Virus record (IMG/VR): IMGVR_UViG_2827179085_000005
Location: 64,001 to 128,000 of that record
Length of the DNA stretch: 64,000 nucleotides
Direction: 5' to 3' (one strand)
Origin: a virus
Taxonomy: Duplodnaviria; Heunggongvirae; Uroviricota; Caudoviricetes
Position 1 is the first letter of the stretch, and every line of letters begins with the position of its first letter. A program made the position numbers and the translations under genes. Below the pieces are notes generated by a model, which saw nothing but the letters and a program-made list of their open reading frames with translations, searched no databases and had not been told where the DNA came from. Shown here one piece after another: positions 1-12,400 of the stretch.

Positions 1-3000
1 TCCATCGTTATGAATCCACAATCTTTTATCATTATCTACATCAATAGCAATTCCTTCATTGGCATTCAAACGGATTACTTCCTTGTGTCTTCCGTAAATT
101 GTGATACCTTCTTTCCAGTCAAAAACGATTGCATCACCAAGTTCAGCATCAAGGATTCTAAGTCTCTTCGTACTCATGTCTTCTGCGAACAAGTTGCCAT
201 CAACGTCAGCATAGAAAACTTTATACCAGACAGGAGACTGTGCTGTGCCATCATTTCGTTCAATTTTGATTCCATAGGTAGCATTGAGAGTTGTTTTATT
301 CATCATGTTACCTCTGGTAACTACAACACCATTCTCAGCGTCTATGACAGTGTTATTGTAGTTTCGTCCCAACTGCAAAGAAGACTTCTCTAAGAAGTCT
401 GCTAGTTTCGCTCTTGCACCTTCATAAGCTTTGTAGAAGTCCTCCCATTTTGCATGGAAGATAAACCTTGTTGAATGCAAGTCTCTAACAATATGTGTTG
501 TTTCGTTCATATTAGCAAATACAGGATTCATATATGAAGTCAATGCGTTATAAGTGCTGGTAAGTTGATCTCCTGCACTAACTAGTTGATTCTTTGCATC
601 ATCCAAACCATAATATGAAGAATCCCTGTCATTATAAATAGTCGTTACGTACCTATTTATTTGCTCTTTTAGTGCAACGTATTGTTTTGTAATACTCTTA
701 TATTGATTAGCTAAATTAATCTTTTCTAATGACGTAATTACATCATCGAGAATGATAGAGTCTAGGATAGAAAAGTCAAAGTTGAGTGCATCTGCATCTA
801 ACAATACATCGCCAAACTTAGTTTCGATACGTAAACGCTTCGCTACCAAGTCCTCTGCAATGAGCGTTCCATCCTCATACGAAGAGTTGCCAATTGCACC
901 ATAGACTTTATTTACCCATCTACCTTTCTCCCATTTTTGCAAGGCTAGTCCATTTGTTGCATTTAGAACAGAACGATACTTTCCATCGTTACGTAGCGCA
1001 ATGAATCCATATGATCCAATAACAACATTATTGTAGAACTCACCCATGTTTAGACCAGAATAGAACTGAGCATCTTCGATCATGTTTCTCAGGTTCTTCT
1101 CTTCGTCATAGTAAGTCTTAAACTTCAAGATAAATTCTGCTCTGTCTGGAATCTCACTTGTTTGATCTGTCTTAGGTGAGTTGATATTGATGTTCAATGG
1201 CTCTCTACCAACAATATCTATATATTGGCTCATATAATCTAGCAAGTCGTGATAGGCTTTTGTTAGTTCTTTCGTGGAGTACAAGTCGATTGTGCTTGGA
1301 GTCTTAGTGAAAAATTGGGCACTCATATCAAAATCGTCATCGCGCTGAGAGCGCTTATACTCTTCTGCCTGTTCAAGCATCCGATGATATCCAGATTCAA
1401 TCTTGTACAGTTCTGTGATGATTTGCATCTTCTCCATCGTAGTAAGTTTGTTGTCCATTACGATTGTGTTGAAGTCTCCGATATCGAGATAATTATTCTC
1501 TGAGTCTATAATCACATCGCCAACATTATTGACAACCTTGATATTTTGAGCAACCATATTAAGTGAATATAAAGTTCCATCTTTCGGGTCTGCCCACAAA
1601 ATCTTTTCCCATCCATCAGGATGTTTGTTTGTATCAGTTGTTGCTCTATCTATTACGAATCCTTCGATTTGATCTAATTTCACTCTCGTAACATCATTAA
1701 AAGACCACAGCCCGAACTTATCTGGATTCTGATCGACAAGACCAAGCTTCATTACAAGTCTTCCATTACGATCAAAGATTTCACCTTTGGAACCTTGGAA
1801 TTTCAGGACACCATCTTCATCTTCAAGTGCTAAGTTTACACCCATGAAGATTTTCCCATAGATTCGTTCGCCTACGATGCCAGTAGAAGTAATAGCATGT
1901 TTCCATGTGTTACCGCCATCATTCGTAATGGCAATCATCGAATTAAGACCTACAAGGTAGTTTTTAGGGTCGTTAGGGTCACGAATGATAAGACCTCTAT
2001 CAGAAATCTCAATTACTTGATCTTTTGCTCCCAAGATTGCTTGCTTATTTGCATCCCAAACGTTATTGATGATTTCATTAATTGAGCCTTTGTTCTCCAT
2101 TGCCAAATCCCATTTCCAAGAATCAATAGATACTTGTGTGGATGTGCTATAGGATTTATACAACATATCAAGGAATTTATCTTTGTTCGCGTATAAGTCT
2201 TTGACATTGCTTACTGTAATGTTGATTCCAGAACCTTCAAAGTCGTATTCTATTTCAGTTAGCTTTGCCTTGAAAAGAACTTGCAAACGTTCATGTTCGA
2301 TATTGATCGTATCGCCAAGACCTAGCTTGTCCCAATTCCGTTGTTCCGTAATCATAGACAGGAAATTTGCGATATCAACTTTAATCGTAATCTTCTGCTC
2401 TTTGAACTCGTTAAATGCTTTAATCCCCTCTGCCAACAAGTCTTTAGGGTCTTCAATATTAGAGTCCTGCCATTCTTTCTCTATGATGTATTGATTTCTC
2501 TCCGCAAGTAGTTCTGCTGTGAAGTTATTTCTTACATCAAGAAGTGTTTTTAGTAAGTCGATTTCATGTAAAACACCTTGTGCATTCTGCTCTTGAACAA
2601 TGATTTCGGCTTCCTTCATTCTGATTTCTGATTCTTTTGCTTTGATTTCTATCAACTTTGCATTAAGTTCAACCAACAGTGCATCGCGGTCGCCAATAAG
2701 AATCGTCTTATCTTGGAAAGTGTTATCTGCATGGTCAATATCATCATTCATCTTTGCGATACGAGTGTTTAGAACATCTCTCTCATCAAGGAGAATTTTT
2801 AACTCTGCTTTCAATGCGGTAAGTTCATTTCTCTTTACATTCAGAACTCCATTAAATGCCTCTCTTTTCGCTACCAATTCAGCAAATTTATCCTTATTCC
2901 CTTGCAATAAAGCATCATACTCGATGATTGTATGGCAAAGTTCATCGGACATATAATCACTGTGGTCAAGAACATCATGCTCTTTGTTCTCTACGATAAC

Positions 3001-4311
3001 ATTACTAATCTCAAATGCTTGACTATCACTATAGAATCCGTATCCACCATATTCATGTGTACTATCTTTGGCGCTTATTGCAAGGTGATTATCAATCCAC
3101 ACTTTGACGCTATCGTTGTAGGCTTCTATAGCCATGTCATAATGAACATTCATGCTCCATCCATCAATATGGCTAGTCTTTGCAATCAGTGTAGACACTC
3201 CATTTTCAACCTTATAAATACGTAAATGGTCTGCACCCCAACCAATGCCACCATTGATCTTTCCTGACTCCCAACCAACAAAGTAATAGTTTTTAGCATC
3301 CTGACATCTTACAACCATACCCATTACCTTATCGCCACTGGTTGCCTTTAGCGTAGATGTAACCTTGTAGTTTCTATCAGAAGTTGCAGAAGCATTTGCG
3401 ATTAATGTTTTGCTGTTCGCATTACATACAAGAACTCCGTTTCTATCTGCCCAATCGGAAGCAGTATGCTCCCAAGAGTGTTTAATATCTGTACTGCTGT
3501 AATTTTTCATAGAGTATTTTCGAACCTCTTGATACGGGTAGACGAAGTAATTGAAGTCTTCGATATACGTTGTACCAGTTGGGTTAATTTCTCGAATAGA
3601 TATATCTTCTTTGCCGTACATCTTTAATCTAGTGATAATTTCTTCCGCATTATCGTCTTGATTAAGCTGTTCAAGATACTTTCCATACCTAATCTTAAAC
3701 CCCTTATTCAGACCAACCAAATCAGGCTTCTGGAAGCTTACAGTACGTTTTAATGTGTCCCATACCACCAAGGCGTTAAACGTCTTAGCCACCTCAAAGA
3801 CTTGTTCTAAGACGGTGCTGGATGACACTTCAAGCCCTCGACGTTTCAGATCAAACTCAGCATCTACATATCCAACTTTCCAAATCGTATCAATCATAAT
3901 TTCGTTCAGTATTTCTGTAGCTGTCTTTGATACTGCTGTATAATCACGAAGAATTTTGTCATTCATCTCGAACCCTAAAGATAGTGCTTGAATTTCCAAT
4001 TCTTCACCGCTGTCCTTGCCACTTTTGTTTAAATTCGTGATAACGAAGAACTCTGTGTAAGAACCCAAGACAAGCTTAACAAGATATCTTCCTTTAATCT
4101 TGTCTGCATTTTCGTTTCGATTTATTGAATGATGCTTTTCAATGTACATAGGCAATGTAAAATTAAGTTCATTCAAAGTACCAAGCTTCTGACTAAATCG
4201 AATATTGTATGCTTCACTCATCTTAGAAATTGATTGTTTGTTAGGCTTACACATAAACAACTGTGGCGTAACTGGTTTCCTATTAAAATCAATGTCGCCT
4301 AATCTCAACAT
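1..4311 (-). CDS. Large tail tip / host-specificity protein (prophage tail endopeptidase/Tal-like N-terminus), >1437 aa, runs off the window edge
   Basis: Hand translation gives an open frame from ATG 4311 (RBS GGGGGTG) to position 1: MLRLGDIDFNRKPVTPQLFMCKPNKQ...EEIITRLKMYGKEDISIREINPTGTTYIEDFNY...LGLGDTINIEH...ITSTGIVGERIYGK. It is absent from the ORF track because there is no stop in the window. It lies after Dit and the tape measure gene. Confidence 0.85.
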   Translation of the reverse strand, partial: MLRLGDIDFNRKPVTPQLFMCKPNKQSISKMSEAYNIRFSQKLGTLNELNFTLPMYIEKHHSINRNENADKIKGRYLVKLVLGSYTEFFVITNLNKSGKDSGEELEIQALSLGFEMNDKILRDYTAVSKTATEILNEIMIDTIWKVGYVDAEFDLKRRGLEVSSSTVLEQVFEVAKTFNALVVWDTLKRTVSFQKPDLVGLNKGFKIRYGKYLEQLNQDDNAEEIITRLKMYGKEDISIREINPTGTTYIEDFNYFVYPYQEVRKYSMKNYSSTDIKHSWEHTASDWADRNGVLVCNANSKTLIANASATSDRNYKVTSTLKATSGDKVMGMVVRCQDAKNYYFVGWESGKINGGIGWGADHLRIYKVENGVSTLIAKTSHIDGWSMNVHYDMAIEAYNDSVKVWIDNHLAISAKDSTHEYGGYGFYSDSQAFEISNVIVENKEHDVLDHSDYMSDELCHTIIEYDALLQGNKDKFAELVAKREAFNGVLNVKRNELTALKAELKILLDERDVLNTRIAKMNDDIDHADNTFQDKTILIGDRDALLVELNAKLIEIKAKESEIRMKEAEIIVQEQNAQGVLHEIDLLKTLLDVRNNFTAELLAERNQYIIEKEWQDSNIEDPKDLLAEGIKAFNEFKEQKITIKVDIANFLSMITEQRNWDKLGLGDTINIEHERLQVLFKAKLTEIEYDFEGSGINITVSNVKDLYANKDKFLDMLYKSYSTSTQVSIDSWKWDLAMENKGSINEIINNVWDANKQAILGAKDQVIEISDRGLIIRDPNDPKNYLVGLNSMIAITNDGGNTWKHAITSTGIVGERIYGKIFMGVNLALEDEDGVLKFQGSKGEIFDRNGRLVMKLGLVDQNPDKFGLWSFNDVTRVKLDQIEGFVIDRATTDTNKHPDGWEKILWADPKDGTLYSLNMVAQNIKVVNNVGDVIIDSENNYLDIGDFNTIVMDNKLTTMEKMQIITELYKIESGYHRMLEQAEEYKRSQRDDDFDMSAQFFTKTPSTIDLYSTKELTKAYHDLLDYMSQYIDIVGREPLNININSPKTDQTSEIPDRAEFILKFKTYYDEEKNLRNMIEDAQFYSGLNMGEFYNNVVIGSYGFIALRNDGKYRSVLNATNGLALQKWEKGRWVNKVYGAIGNSSYEDGTLIAEDLVAKRLRIETKFGDVLLDADALNFDFSILDSIILDDVITSLEKINLANQYKSITKQYVALKEQINRYVTTIYNDRDSSYYGLDDAKNQLVSAGDQLTSTYNALTSYMNPVFANMNETTHIVRDLHSTRFIFHAKWEDFYKAYEGARAKLADFLEKSSLQLGRNYNNTVIDAENGVVVTRGNMMNKTTLNATYGIKIERNDGTAQSPVWYKVFYADVDGNLFAEDMSTKRLRILDAELGDAIVFDWKEGITIYGRHKEVIRLNANEGIAIDVDNDKRLWIHNDG

Positions 4312-4328
4312 TATGAAAGCACCCCCAT

Positions 4329-4963
4329 TTATCCTTGTAGAGTCTTAAACTGACATCTTATATCAAGATCGAACTCTCCCTCGCCAGTCAAGATATTCTC
4401 TCCCACCTCTAATTCCAAAAAAACATCATTATGACTGTCATATCTATATGTCAATGGCAAATCTGTCATAATGTCTTGATTTTCACAATCGATATATACA
4501 GTTTCATTATTATTCAATCCTTTAAACTCCAAAATTTGTCCATTCGACTCGTTTATAATTCTGACATCTCCGCTAGAACTTCGTTTTTTATCCATAATTC
4601 AGGCTTGCAAACAACATCGCCAAGATTATTAATTAAGAATCCACCACTTAAAGATGCAGAGAAGCTAGAAAATGTAGGGCTATTCCCACGGATATAACTC
4701 ATCTCAACCTTATATTGAAATTTGCAGGATTCAAGATTGTAAAAATCGTCAACAAATAATCTGTCGTAAGCTACATCATTTATTTTTGTCCATTCTCCCC
4801 ATGAAGTGCCATCGAAAGATAGCCTTACATAAACATTTACTTTTCCATCATTTGTATTATAGTTAAAATGAAATACAGATTCGTACAGTTCATACATAGA
4901 TGAAACATCATACACAGGAGATATGTATGTTCCAACGTTTGTATACAAATCAGACCACTTCAT
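4329..4963 (-). CDS. Distal tail (Dit)-like C-terminal/galectin-type protein, about 211 aa after repairing one homopolymer frameshift
   Basis: ORFs 4553..4963 and 4329..4595 join (…KPELWIKKRSSSGDVRIINESNGQILEF…LELEVGENIL) if the run at 4584-4589 has one more base. The C-terminus resembles Sipho_tail-type Dit ends. Confidence 0.6.
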
Positions 4964-4989
4964 AGAATCACCTCTCTATATAAAAAATA

Positions 4990-5017
4990 AAAAGCTATCT
5001 TTAAAAAGATAGCTTTT
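4990..5017 (-). terminator. Intrinsic terminator hairpin
   Basis: Perfect 11-bp stem AAAAGCTATCT/AGATAGCTTTT followed by a T-tract on the minus strand, between the CBM gene and the next gene's RBS. Confidence 0.7.
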
Positions 5018-5021
5018 CGTA

Positions 5022-5888
5022 TTAACCAATCACTGTTATTCTATACTGATCGAGCTTTGGTGGAGAACTAAAAATCACTCTGACATTATTCTTGTCAATA
5101 ATCTCTGTCTGCACATCAATACTCTTCATTGATCCTGTTCTTTCTCTGACATTCACTACAATATCAATAACACCTAGATTGTGATTAACGACTATTTTAT
5201 CATTTACCCCATCTCCAATTGTTTCAGAATACTTAGTTACCTTCTGCCCAACTATGCCAAAGGGAACAAATTCACAACTTGCACCTGATTCTCTCCATTG
5301 TGCTGTTTTATACACATAAAAAACTGCACCACCATCTTTTACTGTATCACCAGCAACCTTCTTCCAAACTGGCTCTGTAGAACCAGAAACACCATCGGTA
5401 ATGCAACGATAATAATAAGTCATATCTCCGTTTGTAGGGATAATAATATCATTTATGTTATAATGATTATTTGGCTTCCACACTGTATATCCTCTATTGT
5501 CAAAAACAACTGCATTAGACATTGTATCAAATAAAGGTTCAGTTAATGTAGTTGTTCCAGATACAATGCACTCATAATAATGACCATTGTTTTTATCTGG
5601 CATTACTTTCTCACCTACTTGATAAGTAGTTGATGCAAGCCATCTTGGAGCATAAGTGCCTGTACGAATATTTGTCCAACCTACGAATCCACCAATCTCA
5701 GACATTTGATTCCATATCTTCTTTCCTCTTTGATACTTAGTGCCAATGACAAGATTAGAAAGAATATTTGGTACAGTCTCATCATAACTATCGTCAATTT
5801 TCTGCATATTCTTTGATAGTTCATCAATAGTATATTGAATATCATCATCAACGCGCGGCTGATAAAGACTCAATTTCTTTGTCGGCAT
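5022..5888 (-). CDS. Tail-associated protein with two tandem CBM5/12-like carbohydrate-binding repeats
   Basis: Repeats WLASTTYQVGEKV-P---GHYYECIVSGTT--EP and WKPNNHYNINDIIIP---YYYRCITDGVSGSTEP; located in the tail module. Confidence 0.65.
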   Translation of the reverse strand: MPTKKLSLYQPRVDDDIQYTIDELSKNMQKIDDSYDETVPNILSNLVIGTKYQRGKKIWNQMSEIGGFVGWTNIRTGTYAPRWLASTTYQVGEKVMPDKNNGHYYECIVSGTTTLTEPLFDTMSNAVVFDNRGYTVWKPNNHYNINDIIIPTNGDMTYYYRCITDGVSGSTEPVWKKVAGDTVKDGGAVFYVYKTAQWRESGASCEFVPFGIVGQKVTKYSETIGDGVNDKIVVNHNLGVIDIVVNVRERTGSMKSIDVQTEIIDKNNVRVIFSSPPKLDQYRITVIG

Positions 5889-6478
5889 TATAAATCACTC
5901 CATTTCTTACCTGCAAATGATCTCCAAGTTTTAACTGTTGGTTGAACAGTCATTTTTCCGTTCACGACTTTAATATCAGTCATACTTCCTGTCCCACTAC
6001 TAAAAGTGTCTTCTACAATGGTTTTTGTTATTTTTGAACCGTTGAACTCCATTTGATTTCTTATATATTCTGGCGTATATGAATATGCATCCTCACATCT
6101 CATTTGGAGAGTTATATAACCTTGCTTCCATCCATTATGAATAAGTGTAGAATCGCCATCGACCATACAATAGAAAACTCGATTTGGGTTATCAACTGTG
6201 TAAAATGGTTTGTAGTATGGCTGGAATAGCCATCTAGCAACCTCGCGGATTTGTCTTTCGGTGTAGTTATTTTCGAATGCGAACGTCAATTCAAAAGTAA
6301 GAGGTTCCATCTCAATAGATTGAAAGTATGGTTTATCTCTTCCTGCCACCTTAGTCTCCACGATACTTCTTGATGGAAGGAACGTTTCTTCAAACATTCC
6401 CCCATCAATTTTGCAGTTGAGAAGACCCATGTCTACCGAGTGAACACCATCGTATGAAAAGTGAATACCCTCTAGCAT
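5888..6478 (-). CDS. Distal tail protein (Dit) N-terminal domain
   Basis: FSYDGVHS..GL, EPLTFELTFAF, REVARWLFQPYYKPF, GYITLQMRCEDAYSY are typical of siphophage Dit; directly downstream of the tape measure gene. Confidence 0.75.
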   Translation of the reverse strand: MLEGIHFSYDGVHSVDMGLLNCKIDGGMFEETFLPSRSIVETKVAGRDKPYFQSIEMEPLTFELTFAFENNYTERQIREVARWLFQPYYKPFYTVDNPNRVFYCMVDGDSTLIHNGWKQGYITLQMRCEDAYSYTPEYIRNQMEFNGSKITKTIVEDTFSSGTGSMTDIKVVNGKMTVQPTVKTWRSFAGKKWSDL

Positions 6479-9400
6479 TAGAATCGTCCTCCTTTAGTAC
6501 GCTTGATTTTGTTGATGATTTGGTCAGCAACAGTATCAGCAACTTTTCTATCTGCATTTCCATTAATGTTTACTTCAATGTTATATTCGTTGTGTTCTGT
6601 GTTCCCTGTAGAGGAAGCAACTGGTTCAGATGCTGTTGGAGTTGATAGATTTAAGAGAGAAGGAACAAACGACTTCATACGCTCTACGATACGAGCAGTA
6701 TCAAGAATGTTTTGTGTTTGATCTTGGTTAAGAACAAGCTCCTTTTTGTGGAGTACAGCAAGCTTTCCTCCATCTCCACTCCAATCGCCTGTATAGCCAC
6801 CACTTCTCAACTCGTAAAGTTTCTTACCATTTTTATACCAGCTACCATTTTTGTACTCTGCTCCAATGCTTTTACCAAGTTCTTGGTTAGCTTGATAGTA
6901 CATATCACGTTCTGCATCTGTTTTAGCATTTTTCCATCTGCCACTATTTCTTCTCATCTCATCGATTACATCTTTATCGCTTAACTCATTGTTCTTTGGA
7001 GGTGTTGAAGTTTCTTTCAAGTCTCCATCTTTATTTTTTGTTCCAGTATTTGTTTGAGAGTCACTGAGAGATTTGATTTTCATGTCGTTAAGTTGTTTGA
7101 TAGAATCAATAGCTTCTTTCACTTTTGTTGTGAAGTTCTCAGTAACTTGATCTCCGAGCAAGCTCATCTTAGAGCCAACGTTATCAGACCAAGTTTCGAT
7201 TGTTTCTTGCATTTCAGTAAAGTTTCCTTCGAGAACTTTCTTACGCATTTCTGCAAATTTCTTCTCGTTAATCAACTCAGCTTCCCAATATTCCTGTTTC
7301 TTCTTAGCTTCTTTTTCGAGGGTTTCAACATAGTGATTGTAGTCATCCTCGTACTTCTCTTTCCTATTTTCCAACTTCTCTTTCTCAGCGTCCAAGTCAT
7401 CTTCTAAGTTATTCTTTCTCAACTCAGTTTCTCTGTTATGTTCTAGTTCCGCGAGTTGCATTTCTTTTTCTGTTAACTGTTTAACCAGTTCAGACTTCTT
7501 GGCTTTGGCTTCGTAAGAATCGTCCATAGAAAGAAGGTCGATTTGCTTTTTCAGTTCATCAGCTTCTTTTTGAAGCTTAGACACATCATTATCATGTGTT
7601 CTTGCGGCTTCCGCTCTGTCAATCATTTTCATTTGTTTGGCATACGCTTCCTCTAAAGCCTTCATCTCTTTATCGAGTTGCTTCATACGTTTTTCATGGT
7701 TTTTAGCTTCTGCTTCGAGCTTATCGGCGTAATACTTTTCATCAGCCTGTTTCATAAGCTCCAATTGTTCTTTATACATATTGACGTAATCGTCAGCCAT
7801 TTTTTTATACAGGTTTTTTATTTCAACATTTGAATCTTTGATTGCGTTTCTATTATCTCTTAACTTATCTTTCCAAGATTCAAGTTCGCTTGAAATTTTT
7901 TCTACAACTTCTTTGTTGTCTCTGTGTGCTTCAAGTTGGTCTTCCAAATACTTTATGTTACGTTCGATATCTGCTTGTTCGCCTTTACGCAAAGCGATAA
8001 TTTGTTTTAGGTAGTCGATATGTTTACCCATATCCTTATCTTCTTCCAAATCGTACTTGATACTGTCTTGAATATCAGCAATCGCATCGGAATATTTTTT
8101 TGTTTCATCAGCCATTCTGTTCAACTGCTTGTCCAGTTCGGAGTTGATGATGAGAGTATTCATCTCATCAATCATCTTTGCCATATCCCAAATAGCCATT
8201 TTCTTTTCACGAATCAATTGGTTCAAATCTTCTATTTGAGAATTAGTAAGATTTTTGTTTGTTTCTTTTTCCTTCAAGAGAAAATCAAGTTCTTGTTTGT
8301 TGTACTTTTGTTGCTCTTGCATTATCTTTAACTTCTCTCTCGCATGTTGACGATAACCTTCTGTCGTTTCATCATAAAGACTCATAGCGTACTCTTGGTA
8401 CGCAATATCATCTGTTAGCATCTCGCGTTGGATGTTGAAGAACTCAGTCATCGTTTGAACTTTCAGCATACGAAGTTCGTTAATTCTCGTAGCAACACCA
8501 TCGGAATCAGAGTAAAGACCTCTCAGTCTGTCTTCTGCTTGGTCGATCTCCTGTTGAAGTTCAGCGGCAATCATTCTCTGTGTTTTGTTTTCATTTGCTT
8601 TAGGGTCAATACTAATCATGCCAGTTTTAAGGATTTTTTCTTTTTGATTTGGTCTTCCAATGAAGTAATTTCAGCATCAATAGCTTTCTTCTTCTCCATT
8701 GTCTGGTACGTCTCTTCATTAAGCGCTTTTTTGTAAGCGGTAGTCCAAGTACTATTTTCACTTTGAATCTTTTGTTGTTTTTCGATTGATCTGTTCAGAC
8801 CATCAATACGTTTCTTGTACTTATCAACAACATAGATAGCGTCTTGTATTTCTTTCTCTTTTTTTCTTTATCTTCTTTAGGGTTTCCAGTAATGCTACCG
8901 AGATTTGCGCTCCAATCTTGTTCAAGGAACTTATCAATTCCAGCAATTGCATCTTGATAATCTTTCTTGTTCTTTTCATTTACTGCCGCTTTCTCTTCTT
9001 CTGCTTTTATTTTTGCATTCAATCTTTCCTGTTCTTTTTTTGCTTCTTTCTCTGCAAGCTCTCTAATTCCTTTTGGCGCTCCTATCAATGGGTCAAAACC
9101 ATATGGCTGAGGTTTCGGGTCTTCCATAGGGTTTGTGCTTAATCCGTTTACTGTATTAAGAATATTTAATTTTTCTCTCAGAACTTTCATTTCACTTTTT
9201 GCCGCTTTGATATTTTCATTAGCTGTATTGATGGCTTCTATGCGTTCTTGTTTCATACGACGAAGATTAGCCTTAAATTCTTCTTCACGAATCTTAGCCA
9301 AGTCTTTAAGAGCATTTCCTGTTAGAGTAAGAACACCATTTTCCATCTTCATGTTCTTAATTAATGCAGGATGCTTTGTTACTAAATCCATAGTTGTTGC

Positions 9401-12400
9401 TAATGTAAGCTTCTCTCCATCTGCCAACGTTCTATATGCAGAATCAAGGTCGCTTAAATCACCAATCATAGAATGTACTTCGCCCATGACATCCTTATTA
9501 AATTCAAATGGTTTAATTGGAGCATTTTCGATTGCATTCTTTGCGGCAAGATGTTTTTTCATTAGCGCATCATAGACTTCAAGAATAGGGTCTTTTTTAT
9601 CTACGACTGCTTCTTTAAGTTCTTCCAACTTAGCCTTCGTTAATTCGAAGGTTTCGTAGTTAGGTTTAATGATTTCATCGATCGTAATTCCTTTACTTTC
9701 AACGTTCTTAATTGCTTCATCGATATAATTAAAACTATCGTTGATCGACTTTTCCGCATCATTTCCGAACGTCTCCAAGTTTTCTTGCATATTTCTTTTC
9801 AGTTCTTCGATGAACACGAATTTATTGGAATCAGCGGAAATATTGTTTTTTCTTGTATACTGATTAAATGCGGTATCGATGAGTTTCATAACATCATCAG
9901 TTCCAGTTCGTAAAGAAGATTTCATCTTTTTATTTTCTTCTATATAGTACTCTCTCATTTTTTATTATCTTCGATAAAAACATTAAGAATATTAAGAGCT
10001 TCACTTTTGTTTTGCGCTTGTGGAATCAGAGATTTTAATGCTTGCATGGAAGTAAAACCATAATCTTGTTGTTCTTTTGACATTTCAGAGAACGCCTGTT
10101 GAACTTTATCATTAAATGCATTCAGTACTTCGAAATAGTTAGAATCGTTTATTTCATCAACTTCGTTTTCGAGGAATTTTTTTGCAACGCTTTGAACGTT
10201 TTCCATACCTTCCGATGAAGAGATTTGAGCTTTCATTTTCTGTATTTCTCTGAGTTTTTTGTTTACATCCTTAAAGCTTGTATCTTCCATAGTTTCCTTG
10301 AATTGTTCTTCTTCTTTAACCAAAAGGAGTTCTTCTTTCGCCTTAGTAAGTGCGCGAATCTCTCCTGCACTCTTAATAACAGCTTCGTTTTTATCATTAT
10401 AGTATGAAATCAACTCTGGCATCTCTGTTTTTATTTTTGAACTATACCAAGGTATTTTTCTTCCTCTTGTGATGTTCTGTTAGTACCTTTGGCTTGAAGG
10501 TCGGCAAAATCATCAAGTTTGAAGTCTTTCTGATTGAAAGTTTCTTCGTAAGATTGCTTATAATCTTTCAGCTTGCTAATTTCAGCATCAAGAACTTTCA
10601 ACCTCTCTTTTCTTGCTCTTGATTCAGCAGTAAACGCCTTAACAACGACTGTCGCCGCTGTACCAATTGCAAGAAGAACAGCAACGTATGGAATAAGTCT
10701 AGGTAAGAAGCTAACAAACTTCATCACAAATCCACCAAGACCTTCAAAAGCTCTACCTAATGCGCCAACTGTTGTTACGGAGTCTCTGAGTGGTTTGCTT
10801 GCCATGACAGCAACAAGACCAGACATAAGTACAATAATGTTAGTTGCACCGAAAGTATCTACTATCGACGTAATTCCATCAACGATAGATGTGAGGACAT
10901 CAATAAACCATTTAACAGCATCATCGTCAACTATAGTTGTCCAGAAATGTTCAATAGCATTTTTAAGTTGTCCGATTTTATATTCGAATCCATCCATATA
11001 AGCACTAAACTCTCGTGAAGCAGAACCAGCAGAATTACTAGCGGTTTCACTAGCTTTCTGAGCATCTTCCCAGTTCTGGATGATTGCAGATACAACGACA
11101 CCCTGATGTTTTCCACCCATTGTTTCAACTAGATTTGCTCGTTCCAAATCAGTTAGTTTGTCCCATACTTTTGCAACACCTTCAAAGATTTTGTATGTTG
11201 ACTTAAATGTAACTCCATCTTCCTCCATAACACTCAAAATTTCGTCATTCATTAACCCAAAATCTTTATTAATTCTATCGAATGTTTTTTGAAGCTGTGG
11301 AACAAGTTCTTCGACTCCATCTCCTTCTTCTTTGACTCCACGAAGACGCATAGCAATGGTCTTCAATCCATTACCTACTTTATCAGGGTCTTGCACGACA
11401 GAGTTTGCGGCTGTAACCAGACCTACAGCATCTTGAATACTGGTTCCTGCTTCATTAAATACAGCAGACGAACGTTTTAATGCTTCTCCGATACCTTCTG
11501 AGGAAATCGCAAAATTATTACCAACTTCATTGAACATATCTACAAGTTTACGAACATTATTGCCCTGTGCATCTACCTCTACGCCAAATCCTTTAATTGT
11601 AGATACAAGGTTTGAACTTGCATCTTCGACACTCATATCACCAACGTTAGCGTACAAGATACTGTTTTTACCCAGAACAGTCGCTTGCTCTAAAGAATAA
11701 CCAAGGCGCTGGAACTCTGTAGTAGCCTTAATAACCTCTGTAGCCACTACACCTAAATCTCTACCCATTGCAGAAGCCGTATTCTTGAATGCATCCAGTT
11801 GCTGTTTACTCGCTTCTGATACCTTTGCAAGATTAACCATTTCCTTGTCAATATCAAGTATAGACCGAAAACCGTTCTTGACTTGCTGAATAGTTCCATA
11901 AACAACGCCCATCGCGGCAGTCCAAACAGGAACTTTTCTGAGCGCATTCACAAGTTGACCACCCATAGAACCTCTTCTGCGCTGATCTTCGTCACGAAGT
12001 CTGCGAGATTCAGAGTTGAGGTGATTCATGGATTCTTCGATTTCTCTAGTAGCCTGATGGAACTCGTCTCCAACCTTCCCAGAAAGACCATTTACCTTCG
12101 CTTCGACATCTTCGATGATCCCTTTAATTTTTCTCGCTTCGGCAGAGTTTTCACTAAACCCTCTCGTCGCACGATAACTTGTACTATTAAACTTATCTCT
12201 AATCTTTTGTTCTTGAATGTCTCGATTACTACCTGACGAGTTAGAGTTTCTTTGAATTTGAGAAAGCTGTTTGAGAGCCGAAATCTTTTGTTGAATTTCT
12301 CTTTGTTCATCATACGATAATTGAAGACCACGCTCTTTAAGTTGGTTAATTTCTCGTTGAAGTCGAGCGGCATCTTCTTCGATTTTGTTTTGCATTCCTT

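Noticed and set aside
10-3943. Plus-strand ORFs in the ORF track over the tail tip gene (and similar antisense ORFs across 1-35 kb, e.g. 21611..22417 and 22691..23242)
   Set aside because: They are shadow frames opposite long minus-strand phage genes, with no RBS and atypical composition.
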